Below, piece by piece: positions 27,394-45,800 of a stretch of 64,000 nucleotides of DNA. A model generated the notes under the pieces. It saw nothing but the letters and a program-made list of their open reading frames with translations, was not told the DNA's origin and made no database searches. This DNA is from Chrysomallon squamiferum (taxonomy: Eukaryota > Animalia > Mollusca). Location: the NCBI GenBank assembly GCA_012295275.1, contig CM022666.1, forward strand, positions 8,928,001-8,992,000. Reading direction: 5' to 3'. Every line of letters begins with the position of its first letter. The first letter of the stretch is position 1. A program made the position numbers and the translations under genes.

Positions 27394-29645
27394 CCAACAT
27401 AAAATTATTCTGCATAAGCAAAATATATTTAAAAAAAAAAATACACCTAAAAGACAGTAATGTAATGTAATAGATCAGATATATCAACAAATATTTAACA
27501 GTTGTTATTCACCTGAATATTTTTTGGTACATTCATTACATTTTCTGAATTTGTAAAATTTTAAATGATAATCAATGCAGTAACAGATAAAAATTTATTA
27601 AAGTACTTTTTCCACATTACTTTTAAAAATGAATAAACAAAACAAAAACATTTGAAAATACAGAGGTTATTTTCTTACATAGTAGATAGTCTTCAAAACA
27701 AATAACAAATTGCAGTCATATACATTTTTGAATTCTTCAGATAAATATTCATTATATTAGTTAAAATAAATAAATACACCTAATTTAAATCGTAATTAAA
27801 AAAAAAATGTATTGAATAACATAGTTTGTAAATGAAATCTTAAGGCAAAAATGTGAGTGTTTTGGTTAGCTGAAGAAAAATAAACCCACAAATGTTTACA
27901 TTGTCATTTGTTGATGAAATATTACTAGTTTTGGGGGGGGGGTTATATATATTTTTAATCTGTTATCTTCATAAATTCAGAAAATAACTGTCATCTATGT
28001 TTAAAAATAAAATATTAACAAAAAATAAAAATTATCTGTAAGGATGTTTTCTGTCTATATAAAGTTTATACAAAATATGTAAATGATCTACAAAATATTT
28101 ACCCTTTCAAGAGCATCATACCTAATAAATGCTTAATAAATGCAGTTTAATTTTTTTAATTTTTAATAATTAGAATGATTTCAATTATTAATTTGATTAT
28201 TGTTTTATTTAATTTTAACTTTATTTATTACTTATGTTCATGTAAGCAAAATACATTTTAAGGAATTATTGAGCATATGTTTATGAGTTATGTTTTATTC
28301 TTTCTTAGATTCTTTTTTCAATCACCTCTCTTTCACACACAGTTATACATAAATTCATACATAGAAGAGTGATTTGTTTACAAAATAAAGGTATACAAAT
28401 TCAGTAAATAAGATATATAATATTTAAACATTTTTCATAGCAACTATATTTTACCCTTTATCAAATAATCTGGCTTCAAAACAATACAAATTTCAGAATT
28501 TAATGTACAATGTATAAATAAAGAACAATCAGTAAATATGCTTAGGATGAAAATAACTTTATTTATTACAAGTAAACTATATTACATAACAAAATTTAAA
28601 ACAAAAAAAAACACATATTAATAACTATGTCATATTAACTATTTTAAGAACAAATCATGTTATTTTTTTTTTTTTTTGATTTGTTTAGTTTATTGTTTGT
28701 TTCTTTTTTCAGGGGAATGTTTCACGTTTTTTTTCTTTTTTCTGTGCATTTATACTAACTTACAGAATATACACCAAGATGATTTTAAAACAAAGAATAA
28801 TAATTCACAGTTTCTGGATTGTTTTCTCTTCAATATATAGTTTTGAATGAAAATTTACTGAAGCAAAATCTGTCAGTTGGACAGATAAACAAAACTTAAC
28901 AAAAAAAAAAGGATTGCCCACAAAGACAGACAAACAATACAAAACAAGCTTTATCACAGACTAATGCAATAAATACACACAAACACCTGTATATGTACTG
29001 GACAGGCATATAAAACAAAGTAAAATAATCCAAAAATAAGTCACACAATACAATAGAAGTCACAAAATAACAGATGCTTACATATATCACAGATTATTTT
29101 TTACATTTTCCCAGCAATATGAAATTATGTGTGTTAGAAATGCAAAATAAGATCTAATAATAAAATACAAATTCTAAGAGACAGAAAGCTATCTGTTTAT
29201 AATAATTTATATATATTATAATAAAATGTTAATGTTTGTTAGCATCTGAACTAAGATCATGCAAGTTTTGATTATGTGATAATGTACCATTCGCCAATTA
29301 GTTAATCCTTTTGTGACATGCTGACCAAAAAGAAATTTAAATTAAATAGTGAAAATGTATTATGTTTATAATCTTTGCCGACAAGGTTGATTGTACATTA
29401 TTTTGGCACTTAAGACATCTTGGGGATCCAAAACAATCAGAAATGCTGAATAAGACAGACTTTTAGAATCAATATTTTTGTTTTCTAATGTAATATTAAT
29501 ACTGATCATGAATGAAAATATATACAATTACAATGAGAAGTAAATTTAAAAAAAACAACTATATAATAATAAATTTCTAAGGTATTAGGAATATAGGTTA
29601 ATTATATAATTATCTTGTAAAGAACAAAGAATTTTTTATTATTAT

Positions 29646-29676
<31 letters not shown>

Positions 29677-30571
29677 AATTCAAAAAACATTTAGAAAATG
29701 CAAAATGTAACACTTTTTTGTATTTATTATTGTTCTTCTTGTACTTTAAATTAAAGATTCAAATCTTACAAATACTTAAAGAACTTACAGTAATACATTA
29801 TTTATGGACATAACAATATTTAACCTCAAAAAGGTATTTATTTCTGTGACAGAATGAAAATGTCACAGAAACATCATTTATTTATTTTTGTGATAGAAAC
29901 CCTGACATCTTTTCTGATATTAACTCTGAAAATTATTTCTAGATTTTATTAATTCACAAGCAAATGACAGATGTAAAAAGCAAAACAAAAACAACGATGC
30001 TTATCCAAACAAAACAATATCAGAATAAAATTTAAAGTCATGTTTTAAGCATTTAACATTAAGGTTCATTTTTATTTACTTATCTTTTAATATATTTATT
30101 AATTGTTTTATCTTTTTTTTTTTTTTTTCTGGCCTTAAACAGATAACATCTTCAATTCTTTTCATCGTTAATTCAAAGGTTTAAATGTCTGTAGAAACAA
30201 TTGTCATTTTTGTTTTTTAGATATTATTTAATTTCTTTTTTTTTTAATAGTTTTTAATTAAACAATACCCTGACTGTTCCAGATCATTATGCCAAATTAT
30301 ATCCAAAATATTCCAAACCTAAATCACTTTTACTAAGTCGCTTTTGACTTTTTAATCTTTAAATGTACAGTTTAGTGTTTGCAGAATCATTTGTCAGACT
30401 ATAATTATTTTTGTTTTTACTTAAATATTTCTGACAAATTAAATAAAAAGAAGGCCTACCCATTCCAAATAAACTGATACAGTATAAAAATAATACCCAA
30501 AGTAACATCATATTTAACAGGCCAGGAAATTTGAGACAGTGAATGTTAACAGAAAAGAATAGTCATGATTT

Positions 30572-33733
<3,162 letters not shown>

Positions 33734-33857
33734 GTTGTAAATTTTAACTTAATCAGACAAGTATTTACACTAAACTCTACTACTGTAATTCCACAGTGTG
33801 TCTCAGCTGCCAGACGCCTTCTGCTACTGTGGACTGCTGATCAAATAAGCAATCTTC

Positions 33858-33878
33858 GTAACCAAGCAACGCCCAATC
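33858..33878. promoter_or_regulatory. RFX X-box plus CCAAT box upstream of CFAP97D2-like
   Basis: GTAACCAAGCAAC (33858-33870) fits GTNRCC(N1)RGYAAC exactly and is followed by CCAAT, about 125 bp upstream of the ATG. Confidence 0.6.
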
Positions 33879-34252
33879 GTTACAACTTCGTTCAGCAAGA
33901 AAATGAGATTGTGAGCGCTCGATTATACGTCAGATATCGTTTAAGTTCGGAGTTTCTCGATTATAATAAATATAACATGTTTTTATTTTGATTTCTTTCG
34001 GTATTATTATTTTTTTTAACTTGTATTCATAATAATAATAATAATAATATCACGTAGTTTTTATAATGTCAGTTTTTATTTGCATGAACCAAAGAAACAA
34101 ATACTGTTCTGATTTACTGTTTTTTTACTGCACGATACTCAAATATCGTCAATGCTCGTACAACGCGAGTGTTAGGAGTGCCAGGAAAATCAATACAATT
34201 AAGGCGCGACTATTTTTTGCTTGAATGTCCTGGGTTGTTGTTTTTTTAATTA

Positions 34253-34304
<52 letters not shown>

Positions 34305-37300
34305 TATTTATGTTCGTGTTCAATGAACTGAAAAACAAACCCAGCTTAGGGTTCACAGTTTTGTTTTTCTTTTTTTTCTCTCCAGAAAAAAAACAAACAA
34401 AAATAAATAATTAAATAAATAAAAATAAAGTTTTTATGTGGTGTAACCACCAGATTCAGAAACATTTTATAATTAAATAGTAATGAATTACAGTTACATG
34501 CACTGAGTGTTATTTACATATATATTAGATAAATAAATTTAATTCATTGTGAATATTTATTTCATTGTTTATTACTATTGTTGATGCTGCTCTCTTTTAT
34601 AAGGGGTACGTAAAGAATGTGTTGTTATTAGAACCATAACACAATATGTGGTTAAAGTCTTCTCACTAATGTTATCTGAAAATTAAATATTCCATATTTC
34701 TGGAAATTTTTGTTGTTATTGTTATTGTTTTTAAATATTAAAAAGTGTTAAAAAACTCACCTGGAGACAGCCAATACAATATTAATATTTGAATACAACT
34801 TGTTTCACATTCAAACATAAAAAAAATAACAAAACTTTCTTCTTTTTTATTGATTTATTTTATTTATTTATTAAAATTGATCATTCTCAAATTCCGATAC
34901 AGTCTATTTTCAAATAAACCTGTGCTGGTTTAAACAAAACTGAACAGATATTTCGTATACTTCAAAACAATTTTAGTTACTTTTTATTTTTAAAAGGAAG
35001 TCATGGAAATTTTAATACATTTTATATACTTACAGATAATGCTTTAGTTTTAGACTTTCATAAATCTTTCCTAATATTAAAGAAAGACTTATACAATATT
35101 ACACAATGATCTATTTACAAAGTCAAATTTATTTACTTTCTTTTTTTTATTCATAACATTTTATCTTATAAAGAAATAAAAATACATATTTTCTTAAAAA
35201 TACATACTGTTTAAGAATAAAAACAAAACGAAATATAAAATGGTGGCAAAATGTAAGGGGTGTTTTGTGTGTTTGTTTTTGTTATTTTTTATGAAATCTA
35301 AACTGTAATAAATATTGTTAAGTTCTTAGAAATTTAAATTATAATAAATTTCTTAGAACCATGTATAAAAACTTTTAAGTGCTTAAAATATAATATAATC
35401 ATTAAAGTACATGTTTGTGAAAAAACATAAAGCTGATTTAATAATGAATACAGTTAGATATACACACAACTGCTTTTTAATAGGCACGCACATACATACA
35501 TATATGCAAAAGCATAAACACAAACATACACACACACACATGTATGTATGTACGCATGCACACACACATAATGACATCTAGACACAGGTAAATACACAAA
35601 GACACAAAATGAAATTATCAACATAATACAAAAAATATATATTTATTTAGATACATACAGGAGTTTATGCACATATACAAAATAAAAAATATTTTTAAAA
35701 CATATTTAGAAATTAAAAAACCCAGTAAACAATTAAAATACACACACATACAGAAACTCGCAGGACACGGGTTTCATTCAATCATCAGTCTGATAATTTA
35801 AGCACTGTACAACATTATAATCACTATGCAAAATATACCTGTATCTTCTATTACTATTATAATCATAAGTTATTATTATTATTGCTACCACTGTTACAAC
35901 ATTATTTTTCTCATAACAGTTTCTGTTATTATTGTTGTTACTGTCATTATAATAACTATTATTATTACTACAATTACTGTTACTTTTATAATATGCATGA
36001 TAAAACACAAGACTTAAAAAGAAAATATAAATTAGTTTTTAGTGTCTAAACTAGAGAATATGTTAATATTTACTTTGGTGGTTGTTCGTTTTTGTTATTT
36101 TTTTCTTAATGTTATTTTTATTATTTCGTATCTTTGACTAGTTATTTAACTCCTGACTAGAAATCATAAAAAACGTACATAGCAAGTATATTATCCTTTT
36201 ATTCAAAATTATTTTTATTTATAACCATATAACCTCATCATCAGCATAATAAACTTGTCAACGGCTCTGCTATATTCTGTTCCAGTCTGTGACCTATGAC
36301 TTTATGTCATTGATTTCTTATTATACACATTTAATTACTATAAACATGAAAAATGTTGAAGTGAGTTCTGCTGTCATTTGAGTATTTTCAGATTTTTGAG
36401 TAATAAATATATCTTATTTACCCTTGTTTTTCTTATTACACAGACTTAAAAATACTAAGACCAGATTTCCATGAAATCTTCACTGACATGCATTTTATCT
36501 GGTTTTCAATAAAGCAGTAGGATAATATGCTGGTGTTTGCTTAAATGACCGAGAAGCTGTTTCACCCAGCTATTCACGTACTTTCATAAGTTAAACAAAC
36601 ACACACAGTTTTAACAGACAGTAGTATGCAAGTCTGTGCATGTTTCTTGCAAACCTGATACTAAGAAAATAATAATCATAATGCTAGCACCCTACCCAGA
36701 TAAAGAGTTATCAATATTGATTTTATTTTATTAGCTGTCAAATTGGCAAAAGTTATAAATAAAATTTAAAAAAAAGATAATGTTTTTTATCTAAAAAGGA
36801 GAAGATATTACAAATTACATAAAGCAAGGTGATGTAATTATAACATTAAACAAAAAAAGAACATAACTGTTTTATGAACACTTCAAAACATAAGATTAAT
36901 TACAATAAATATCTATAATACAAACAAATAAACATGACTTTCAGGTTCATAATATTTACATTTGAAATTTTTTATTTTGTGATTTAATATTGAAACAAAA
37001 TAAAGAAGAAGAAGACAGTAATGACTGTTAATATGAACTGGTATTTTTCCAGATCACTGTTTTACTGTTGTCAGTGGTTGACCTGGGTAGCTGAATGTAT
37101 GTGCTTGTGTGTTTTGGATGTAGATGGATATGTATATTTCATGATGAGACTTAATTTTAAAAAACAAGCTGCTGGAAACTGATATGATAGAAGTTTAAAA
37201 ATGGTGATTTTATTCGGATTTTTTATGGTCACCTTAGTTACTTTTATTTATTTATTTATTTATTTTATTTTATTTTTTTTTTAAATACAAATGTTGAGTA

Positions 37301-37912
37301 ATATTTTTAAGATGGTAAATTAGAATTTAAAAAATGTAAATCCTGTATTTATTTAACAGTTCCCACTTATGCAGATGTCAATCATTTGTTAATTTTGTGA
37401 AAGTGAAACATGCTAACATACTGTAGACAAAAACCAAAAAAAAATAAAAATAAAACAGATAAACATGCAAAGATATGAGTGGTTCAAATTGAATAACAAT
37501 ATATCTCAATCTTATCACTTCTTAAAATACGTACATTTACCAACAGTTTGGTTAGCTGTCAGTTTAAAGTAACAATAGCTGAATTATGTATTCAAAAGGT
37601 TACAGATAAATGTGCAAATACCTGATTAGTTCAAATGCCATCTGTTGCAAATTTTGAAAATTCTGATATGTGTGTGTGTATCATAATATTAGACTCTGTG
37701 GTGACAAGATAAATACTTGTTTGATAAAACTAGTTATTCTCACACAAGACATTTATAATTATTATGCTCTTCCAATATGGGGTATAATATCAAAGAGAAA
37801 ATTGTGGAATTGTAATATAATAGTTATAAAAGAAATTATAAAATTATCCTGCTGAACTGTACATGAGAAAAATAAATCACTTACTATTACTACTAATATA
37901 ATAATGATGATG

Positions 37913-37948
<36 letters not shown>

Positions 37949-39861
37949 TTATAATGTGTAAATGATGAAAGTTCATATAAATTACATTATTATTCATAAT
38001 ATCAGGTAAGAAAACAGCACCAAAAGTTCCATTAATGCTATTTGTGTTACTTGAAATATCAAGTAAATAAATAAAATTTATCCTACTGCATAGAAAATAC
38101 TTACTAATAATTAAGAAATTAAAGCATAAAACCAAAAATAAAGAAATAATAAATAAATAAATAATAAAAGATTAAAAAACAAAAAAAAAGTAAAATGATG
38201 AAAATACCATCAAGGAACTTCCAATAAAGATAACTCTACTTTACATACAATTTTAAAGGACAAATATTGTTAGTAATTCTCTGGTAAAATAAAATTATAC
38301 CACTCTTAAGACCTTAAAATTGAACAGCTTAAGTTTGTTTTGTTTTATTTTAAATTAAATAATTTTAGTTTTAGAAATCTGCAATACATTAAACAAAATT
38401 CTGAACATGTTAATTTTTCAAGAATGTAAAAAATATTCTGTTTTTGTAACCATACACAGAAAAATTTGTAAATTATGTAACCACACCAAAATTTTTTCTT
38501 AATTTACATAACCGTATTACTAAATCTATCTAATTTATGTAATCACAGCAAGAAAACTTTTTAACTTGTTAACAACAGCAAGATAAATTATAAATTAATG
38601 TAACATATGAAGAAAAAAGCCATGAACCCCCCGACATAACTCATTTATGCAAAAAAAAGCTTATGAACATCCGTAAAACTTTTTTGAAAATTAATAAGGC
38701 AAATGTGAAAAATTAATTTTATCTATTTTTTATACTAAGAAGTATACTAAAAAATATTAAATAATATCTAAATAAAGTTTTTAAAAATTACAAAATAAAA
38801 CCTAAATAATTCCTTGAACAGTAACTCTTGAAATAAAAACAAACAAACAAAACTATTGAAAATAGATTTTTTGAAAAATAAAAAAATCCACTTTAAATCA
38901 CAAGAAAAATAATGAATGAAAAACATAAGTTAATGTTCTGTGAAAAATCTATTTAACAAAAACATCTTTGTAAAAGTGAACTTGAAAATTAAATATTTTG
39001 AAAACTCAACACACTAATTTATCTACAAAAGATACTAATTAAAATCTAAAACAATAAATAAATAAATGTCAAAATTTTTTTAAACAATATTTTATTTTAA
39101 TATATTTAATTTGTCTATTAAGAAACCAGATTAAATTCACATTTTATATAAAATACATGTTCTTTGCTATTCATTTATTTTATATTTATTTATGTTGTTG
39201 TTGTTGTTGTTTTTTTTGTTTTTTTTAACTTGATTAACTTTCAGTTTATTTTCAGTGATTAACTTATAACAAAGATTTGTTCAACTGTTACTAGAATATG
39301 AAAAAAATAAAAAAATTGTAAAATGCTGAATAAAATATATTATCATTGCCTGGATCTAACCAAAAATGATCTCCAAAATATTCATTAAATTTGTGATCTA
39401 TAAATTATGCCATTTTGAAAACTATTAGTCTGTTAAAATTAATATAAACATAAACTAAACTGCACTTTTTTTCATATCATGTTACATACACAGTAAAAAG
39501 TAATTAATAATTATCAGTAGAAAAATCAATAATAGGTCACAATTTGTTCACAAATTATGGCTAAAAAAAAAAATTGGTTTATTTTTAAATCTATATTATC
39601 AGTATGGAAGATTAAAACACAGCAGTACATGGCAGGGTCGGAGTTAAATACAGAAAACACCAAACATCTAAGTGATTGGAAAGAGGTAGTGAACTGTGTA
39701 TTTTGTAACAAATTCATCTGACACTAACTAAATCAGGGATTTCTTTAACAAAAGAAAATGCTTTTTTTCAAATCATAATTATTTTTTCAAAACACATTTT
39801 CCACAAAATTCTTAAAATAAAAACAAAAAATTATTTTTAAAAAAAACAACTCATGAGAACA

Positions 39862-42800
39862 CTAACTACTTGAAGCTGAGATGCGACGTGGTTTTTCGTA
39901 TTTAAACATCACATTAAACATTTCACCTCCCAGCCTATTGGCCAGCCATTTGTTTTTGATGACTGCTACTTTGAGAGATTCACACGAAAATGATGCACTG
40001 AAGTTGGTGTGTACAGCCCTGCCCATTCCTTCAAGAATGATAAGATCTGCTTGTTTTTCCTTCATTAACCTGACCAGCCTCTCATCTATCAGTCTGTAGA
40101 TAAATAAATAAAGATTAAAAGAAAGAAAGAATTAAATAAATAATGAAAGAAAAAAAAAAAGAAAGAAAGAAGGAAAGAGAAATAAAGAAATAAAATATAT
40201 ATAGTTAAATAATTAAATAATAAATAATTAAATATAAACAAATAATACTTATGTAACATATTTGATGAAATAATTAAAAATATAACAATGATAAATTTAA
40301 TAAATAATTAAAAAAATAATTCTATACTGAATTTAATTTTAAAAAAAATATAATAATAATAAATAAAATGAATAAACAAAAAGATCAGGCATAAATAAAA
40401 TAAGAAAGATGAATAAATAAAAATAAAACAAATAATATACAAACCAAAAAATATCAAATAATCATATAAATTAATTTTAAAAATTAATAAAAATAAAATA
40501 AAGTAAAAATAATAATAATAAATAATAATAATACAAATAATTATAATACTGATAAAGTAAAATAATAAGAAAAAATAAAATAAAATAAAACAAATGTCAG
40601 ACAAAAATCTACAATAATACTTATAAAAAAAAAACACATTAAAATTATAACCTCTGTTTACCATTATTTTTATTTAAATTTTCATTCATAAAAATTTTAT
40701 CATTATAATTCTTCTATTATCACCATTTTCTCACCTCAAATCTAAACATGGTGAGCCTTGTCCAGAGGCCATGATAGTGAGGTTGTTCTCCGACAAAGCT
40801 TTACACAGATCCTTCTGAAGAGAAGCGATGTGTCGGGCGACAATGATGAGTTCACTGTATGTGACATCGTTGAGTGTCGGCTTAGAGTTAGCACACAGGA
40901 TCACCTGACAAAACATTTAAATGTGTCACTATTATTGTTGTTGTTATTATTATTATTGTTGTTGTTGTTATTGTTGTTGTTGTTTAAGTTATTATTATTA
41001 TTGTTACTGTTATTGTTATTACTGTTGTTGTTATTGATTTTTATTATTATTGTTAGTATTACTATTATTATCACTGTTTCTTATTTCCTGTCAACGGTAT
41101 AGCAACTACCAACTTAGTGACTCCATTTCAAAGGAAACAAAAATAATTTTGTTGCTAAGCAACAAGAACAGATTTCAAGTGAGGTGGCCACTATTAATAT
41201 CAGAAATAATTGTTATTACTATTACAGTCATTATTATTATTGTTGTTTTTTATTATTATTATTTTTTATAATTAATATTAGGGTTATAATCATTGTCTAC
41301 ATTATTATTATAACTATGATTATTATTATTGTTGTTGTTGTTGTTGTTGTTGTTGTTACTGTTATTATTGTCATAACTGCCATTATAATAACTAGCTATT
41401 ATTATTACCAAATTAACTTTTATTATCAATGTTATGAATTACAATGTTACCAAACAGTGAAAATCTCACCTTTGTTCCCCGAGACAGCAATTCTCTTGCA
41501 AATGGGAATATACCAAGGATGATGTCAAAGCCGCTGTTATCACAGAATATCACAGCACATTTGTGATGTGGTTGACAACTTAGACGTTCTTTCCATGTGT
41601 CAAAATCATCAAACAACCAAGGACGTTCTGAAGTAAAAATTTGATAAAAACATACAATTCACCTCAGTGGCATACTCAAATTGTGGCATACACCAGCAAA
41701 TAATACTTTATATACACTAATCCTGAGACAGGACAGTACTCACCACAATGTTTGATACATTAGTAACAGATTACTGATTCAAATGCAAAACACATGATTG
41801 GACACAAGAAAAGAATAGTTCCCCTCATCTTAGACAAATGCTATCAACTTACAGCAAAATGTTTTTTATGCTTTATTTCAAAAAGTTCCAGTGTTAAATC
41901 CAAAAAGATTAGTCAATATTAAATTCACTTCTATTCAAGAATTATAATAATAAAATTTAAAAAATCTAAACTGTACTCTGTAGTCTTTCCTTTGCTTCTT
42001 CAAATCCGAATGTTCCTGTGTCTAATATCTTTCTGACTTCCTTGGCACCAATGTCAAACACATTTCCTGCCAGTAAGCCTTTCACAAGTTCCAGCTGTCG
42101 CTCCTCCCAGTTCAGACTGTCAAGGAATGCCAAATGTTTGACCAAAAACTTGAGAGCGAATTCATTGTCAAATTTCTTTTGCTGAAGAAAAAAATAATAA
42201 TTTAAGGTTCTGATATGTCTCAAAGAAAGTGTCTGTTGTTACACAATTTACAACTTGTGTTTATTTCTGGCAAGTTTGAATTTTGTGTTTATTCCTAGCA
42301 ATTTTGAATTTTATGTTTATTCCTAGCAATTTAGAAATTTGTGTTTATTCCTATATTACTAGGAACTTAGGATTTTTTGTTTATTCCTAGCAATCCAGAA
42401 TTTTTTGTTTTTTGTTTCTGCAGTAAATTTTCAAAACATTCCAGATAAAATTTGCATATAATGCTCAATTTGGCATACAGAGATATAAAGCAAAAACAAC
42501 CATGATGTTATCAGTAATGGCCTTGGTAAATTAATTAATTGGTATTTTGAGTAAATTAAAAAATCTAAAACTTACTTGTGAGTATGGATCAGTAAAAAGG
42601 TTTTCTGCCAAGTACTGACTGCTCATATCCAGCAAACACCTCACAGTCAGTGAACCGTAACAACTGGAACACAGAGAACACATTAGTCACTGAACTGTAT
42701 GTAACATGTACATTTAAAATACATATTATCAATGAATCATAACAACAGCAAAACAAACCTTATATTAACAGTTTTTAATGTCAGGGTAAAAGTACATTAA

Positions 42801-45800
42801 CTCACATAGTTTTAATTAATTTATGTTCAAATTACTTTGTAAATATTTCAGAAATGCGTAGACTTTTAATATCAAGACTGTGTGTGTGTGTTTATGGACA
42901 CCTAAGAGTGAGTGTTCTGTGCAGGTGTTTGTACTCTATGTTTTTATATGCAAGTATTTTAATGTGTATATTTGTGTATGTCTGTGAAAATGAGTTAGTG
43001 TGAATCTCAGCTAAGCTTATTAGACAAATGTAAGTGTTTTTTGTGCTTTATATTGCATATATATATATATATATATATATGGTTTTGCATGCATCAGGAC
43101 AATGAATGTTTTATTTACCAAGGGTTTTCCTTCAACACTTTGAGTCGGTCCAGGTATTTGGACTGGAACTGCTGGGCACGTTTCTCAGCATCTGGTGAGC
43201 TTGGCTGACTTTTCACAGCCTGATTCCTTGTCTGTAAAACAGAATAAATTATAAAACTGATTAACTTATACTTAGGAAAGACGTAATTACTCATAGAGTA
43301 ATGCAACTTACTTATTTTTAGTATGGATGTAACTAATATCACATGAAGTTACTTGTATGAAGGATGTATTTTAATTACTTGTAGGAAAGATGTATATTTA
43401 TTACTTGTAGGAAAGATGTATATTTATTACTTGCTTAATAAATATGTAACTTACTCAAAAACACTGCCACTTATTCAAATGAAGGATGTAATTTACTCAT
43501 AAATATACATGTAACTTACTCAAAAACACTGCCACTTATTCTAAAATGAAGAATGTAATTTACTCATATGAGATACAACTCAATTACTCATAGAAAAGGT
43601 TTGATTTACTCATAAGAAAGATGAAAGTTATTCAAACTAGCAATCCTCAGCTAATGAAAAAAATAAAAAAGAAGGGCAAGAGAATGAAAGAGTAGTGAAA
43701 AGAAAGTAAGAAAAATGACAGAGAGAAAAAACACAAGACAGCTGTAGGAAAAGAAAGTAAAAAAGTGGAAAGGTTGAGAATAAAGGTATGAGAAAATAAG
43801 AGAAAATTGTGCTCAACTCACAAATAAGTAATTAAAAGACAACAGCATAAATGTTATAGAAATATCAAATAAAACTAAAACAGACTGACACAGTTGACAG
43901 ACAGGACAGATAAAAGCATTTTTACTAAAAAAAATAAGAACTAATAATAATCTGACAAACCGTTTCAACACTTTCACTAAAACACTGAAGCCAGTATTCT
44001 CTGGCGTCTGCGTCTTTGGTCAGATCCACAGTGTCCGGAATGTAGCTAGCCACGTCCAGCAAGAGTGGACAGGGCAGAAGTGGCTTCTCCAATCTGTCCA
44101 GCTCCAACAAGTCAAACTGAAGTCACAGAAATAACAATATTAATCAACTTTATTTCACTCGAATCTTGTTTTGTTTCATTTGTTTCTACAATTCTGATAG
44201 CATCTGTAACTGACAAGTTTATTTTGAGAAAAACAAAATGCAAAAATAAGTTAATGAAATCAGCAGTGAATATATTTTTGTTTGTACAAAGGATTGTTGA
44301 TGTTAAGCAAAGTTTGGGTACTTTGTTATGATGAATGGCTGATGATGATCTCTAGTAAAACAACAAAATAAACATATGCTATTTCATCACAAAATAAATT
44401 ACATTTAGTAATGCAAGATGAAATTTTCAAGTATATCACAGAAACTGATTATAAGATGGCAGGATAAGAAAAGGATCAAAGTAATTTCTTAGTTTTTGAA
44501 ATTAAATAAGCAATTCATAATTTGCATCAGTTTTCATGTTTTTCACCATTCTGACACAAAGCAATTATTTTAAAACAAAAAATGTAATCTGGACATTTCT
44601 CTTAAGCCCTACATACAACATTTTCAAAATTCTTTATGCCGTATCTTTTTTGTTTTTCAAAACTATTAGATATATTAAAAACGTCTTGAATCAGACATCA
44701 TCATTATTAACCAGTACTTTTTACAATCTGGTCTATGTAAGGTTAGCAGGTCCCACAGAGTCTCGCAAAATGTAAGACATTTATGAAAAAAAATGGTTTG
44801 ACTTTTTTGGAAATAAATGAATCAGTTTTTATTTTATCCGTAACAAAGTAATTGCAGAGACTCAGTGTCACTGCTGTAGATTAGGACAATATTAAATTCC
44901 TGCTTTAACTTTTAATAAAAACAAAAAACAAACAAAAAAATCAGTTGAAAGCAAACCAAATATATTTATATTATTTTTTTCATAAAAAGACACACTCGCC
45001 TTAATAACCTGAATATAATTATTCCTAAACTATTTATACCATTTGTTTGCTTATATTAGAAAGAAAAAATTAAGTAATCACTAGACAGTCTGTACTATAA
45101 AACAAATAAATAAATTACTTTATATTAAATATATTTATACTTTCTATTCATAGAATTAAAGGTTAATGAGAAACACTTCAGGGGAACAACAAAAACCCAT
45201 AATTGTATTTATTTGTATCTCGGAATGGGTCCAAATGATAAATAAACAACAAATAACAAACCATGGAGCTTTTCGAGGACCCAATTGTGAAAGCTGATTG
45301 GTTGGGACTAGCAAGACCAGAACTTCCAACAAAGTGCTCTCCCCATGAATACTTCTCCTCATCTGAAGTTTAAAAAATTCTAAACTTTATTAAGATGTTT
45401 CTGACTTCATTAATAAATAAAAAATGACAACAATAATGAATAGTTTTATTAATGGAATTTAAGGCTTATGGAATAATAATAAGACGTTATATATAAACTT
45501 TTATACACCTAAATATTTGTGTAGTGCATAAGTAAGTGTATGTGTGTGGACATTCAAATATGGAAATAATTATATTCAGATACAGAGCAACACTAATTTA
45601 CATAAAATACTGACTTATGGTTAAGAAAACAATGGCTAAGAAAAAACAATTATGTTATACAGACAAAAAAAAAATCTTGAAAGTCTACTCTATCATTAAC
45701 TACAAGAACTAATAAAATGAAAAAGACATGTTTAATGTGTAAAAATTCAATAAGATTAACTATACAAACCTTCTTCTTCTGTACCTTTGAGAAAACCTCC

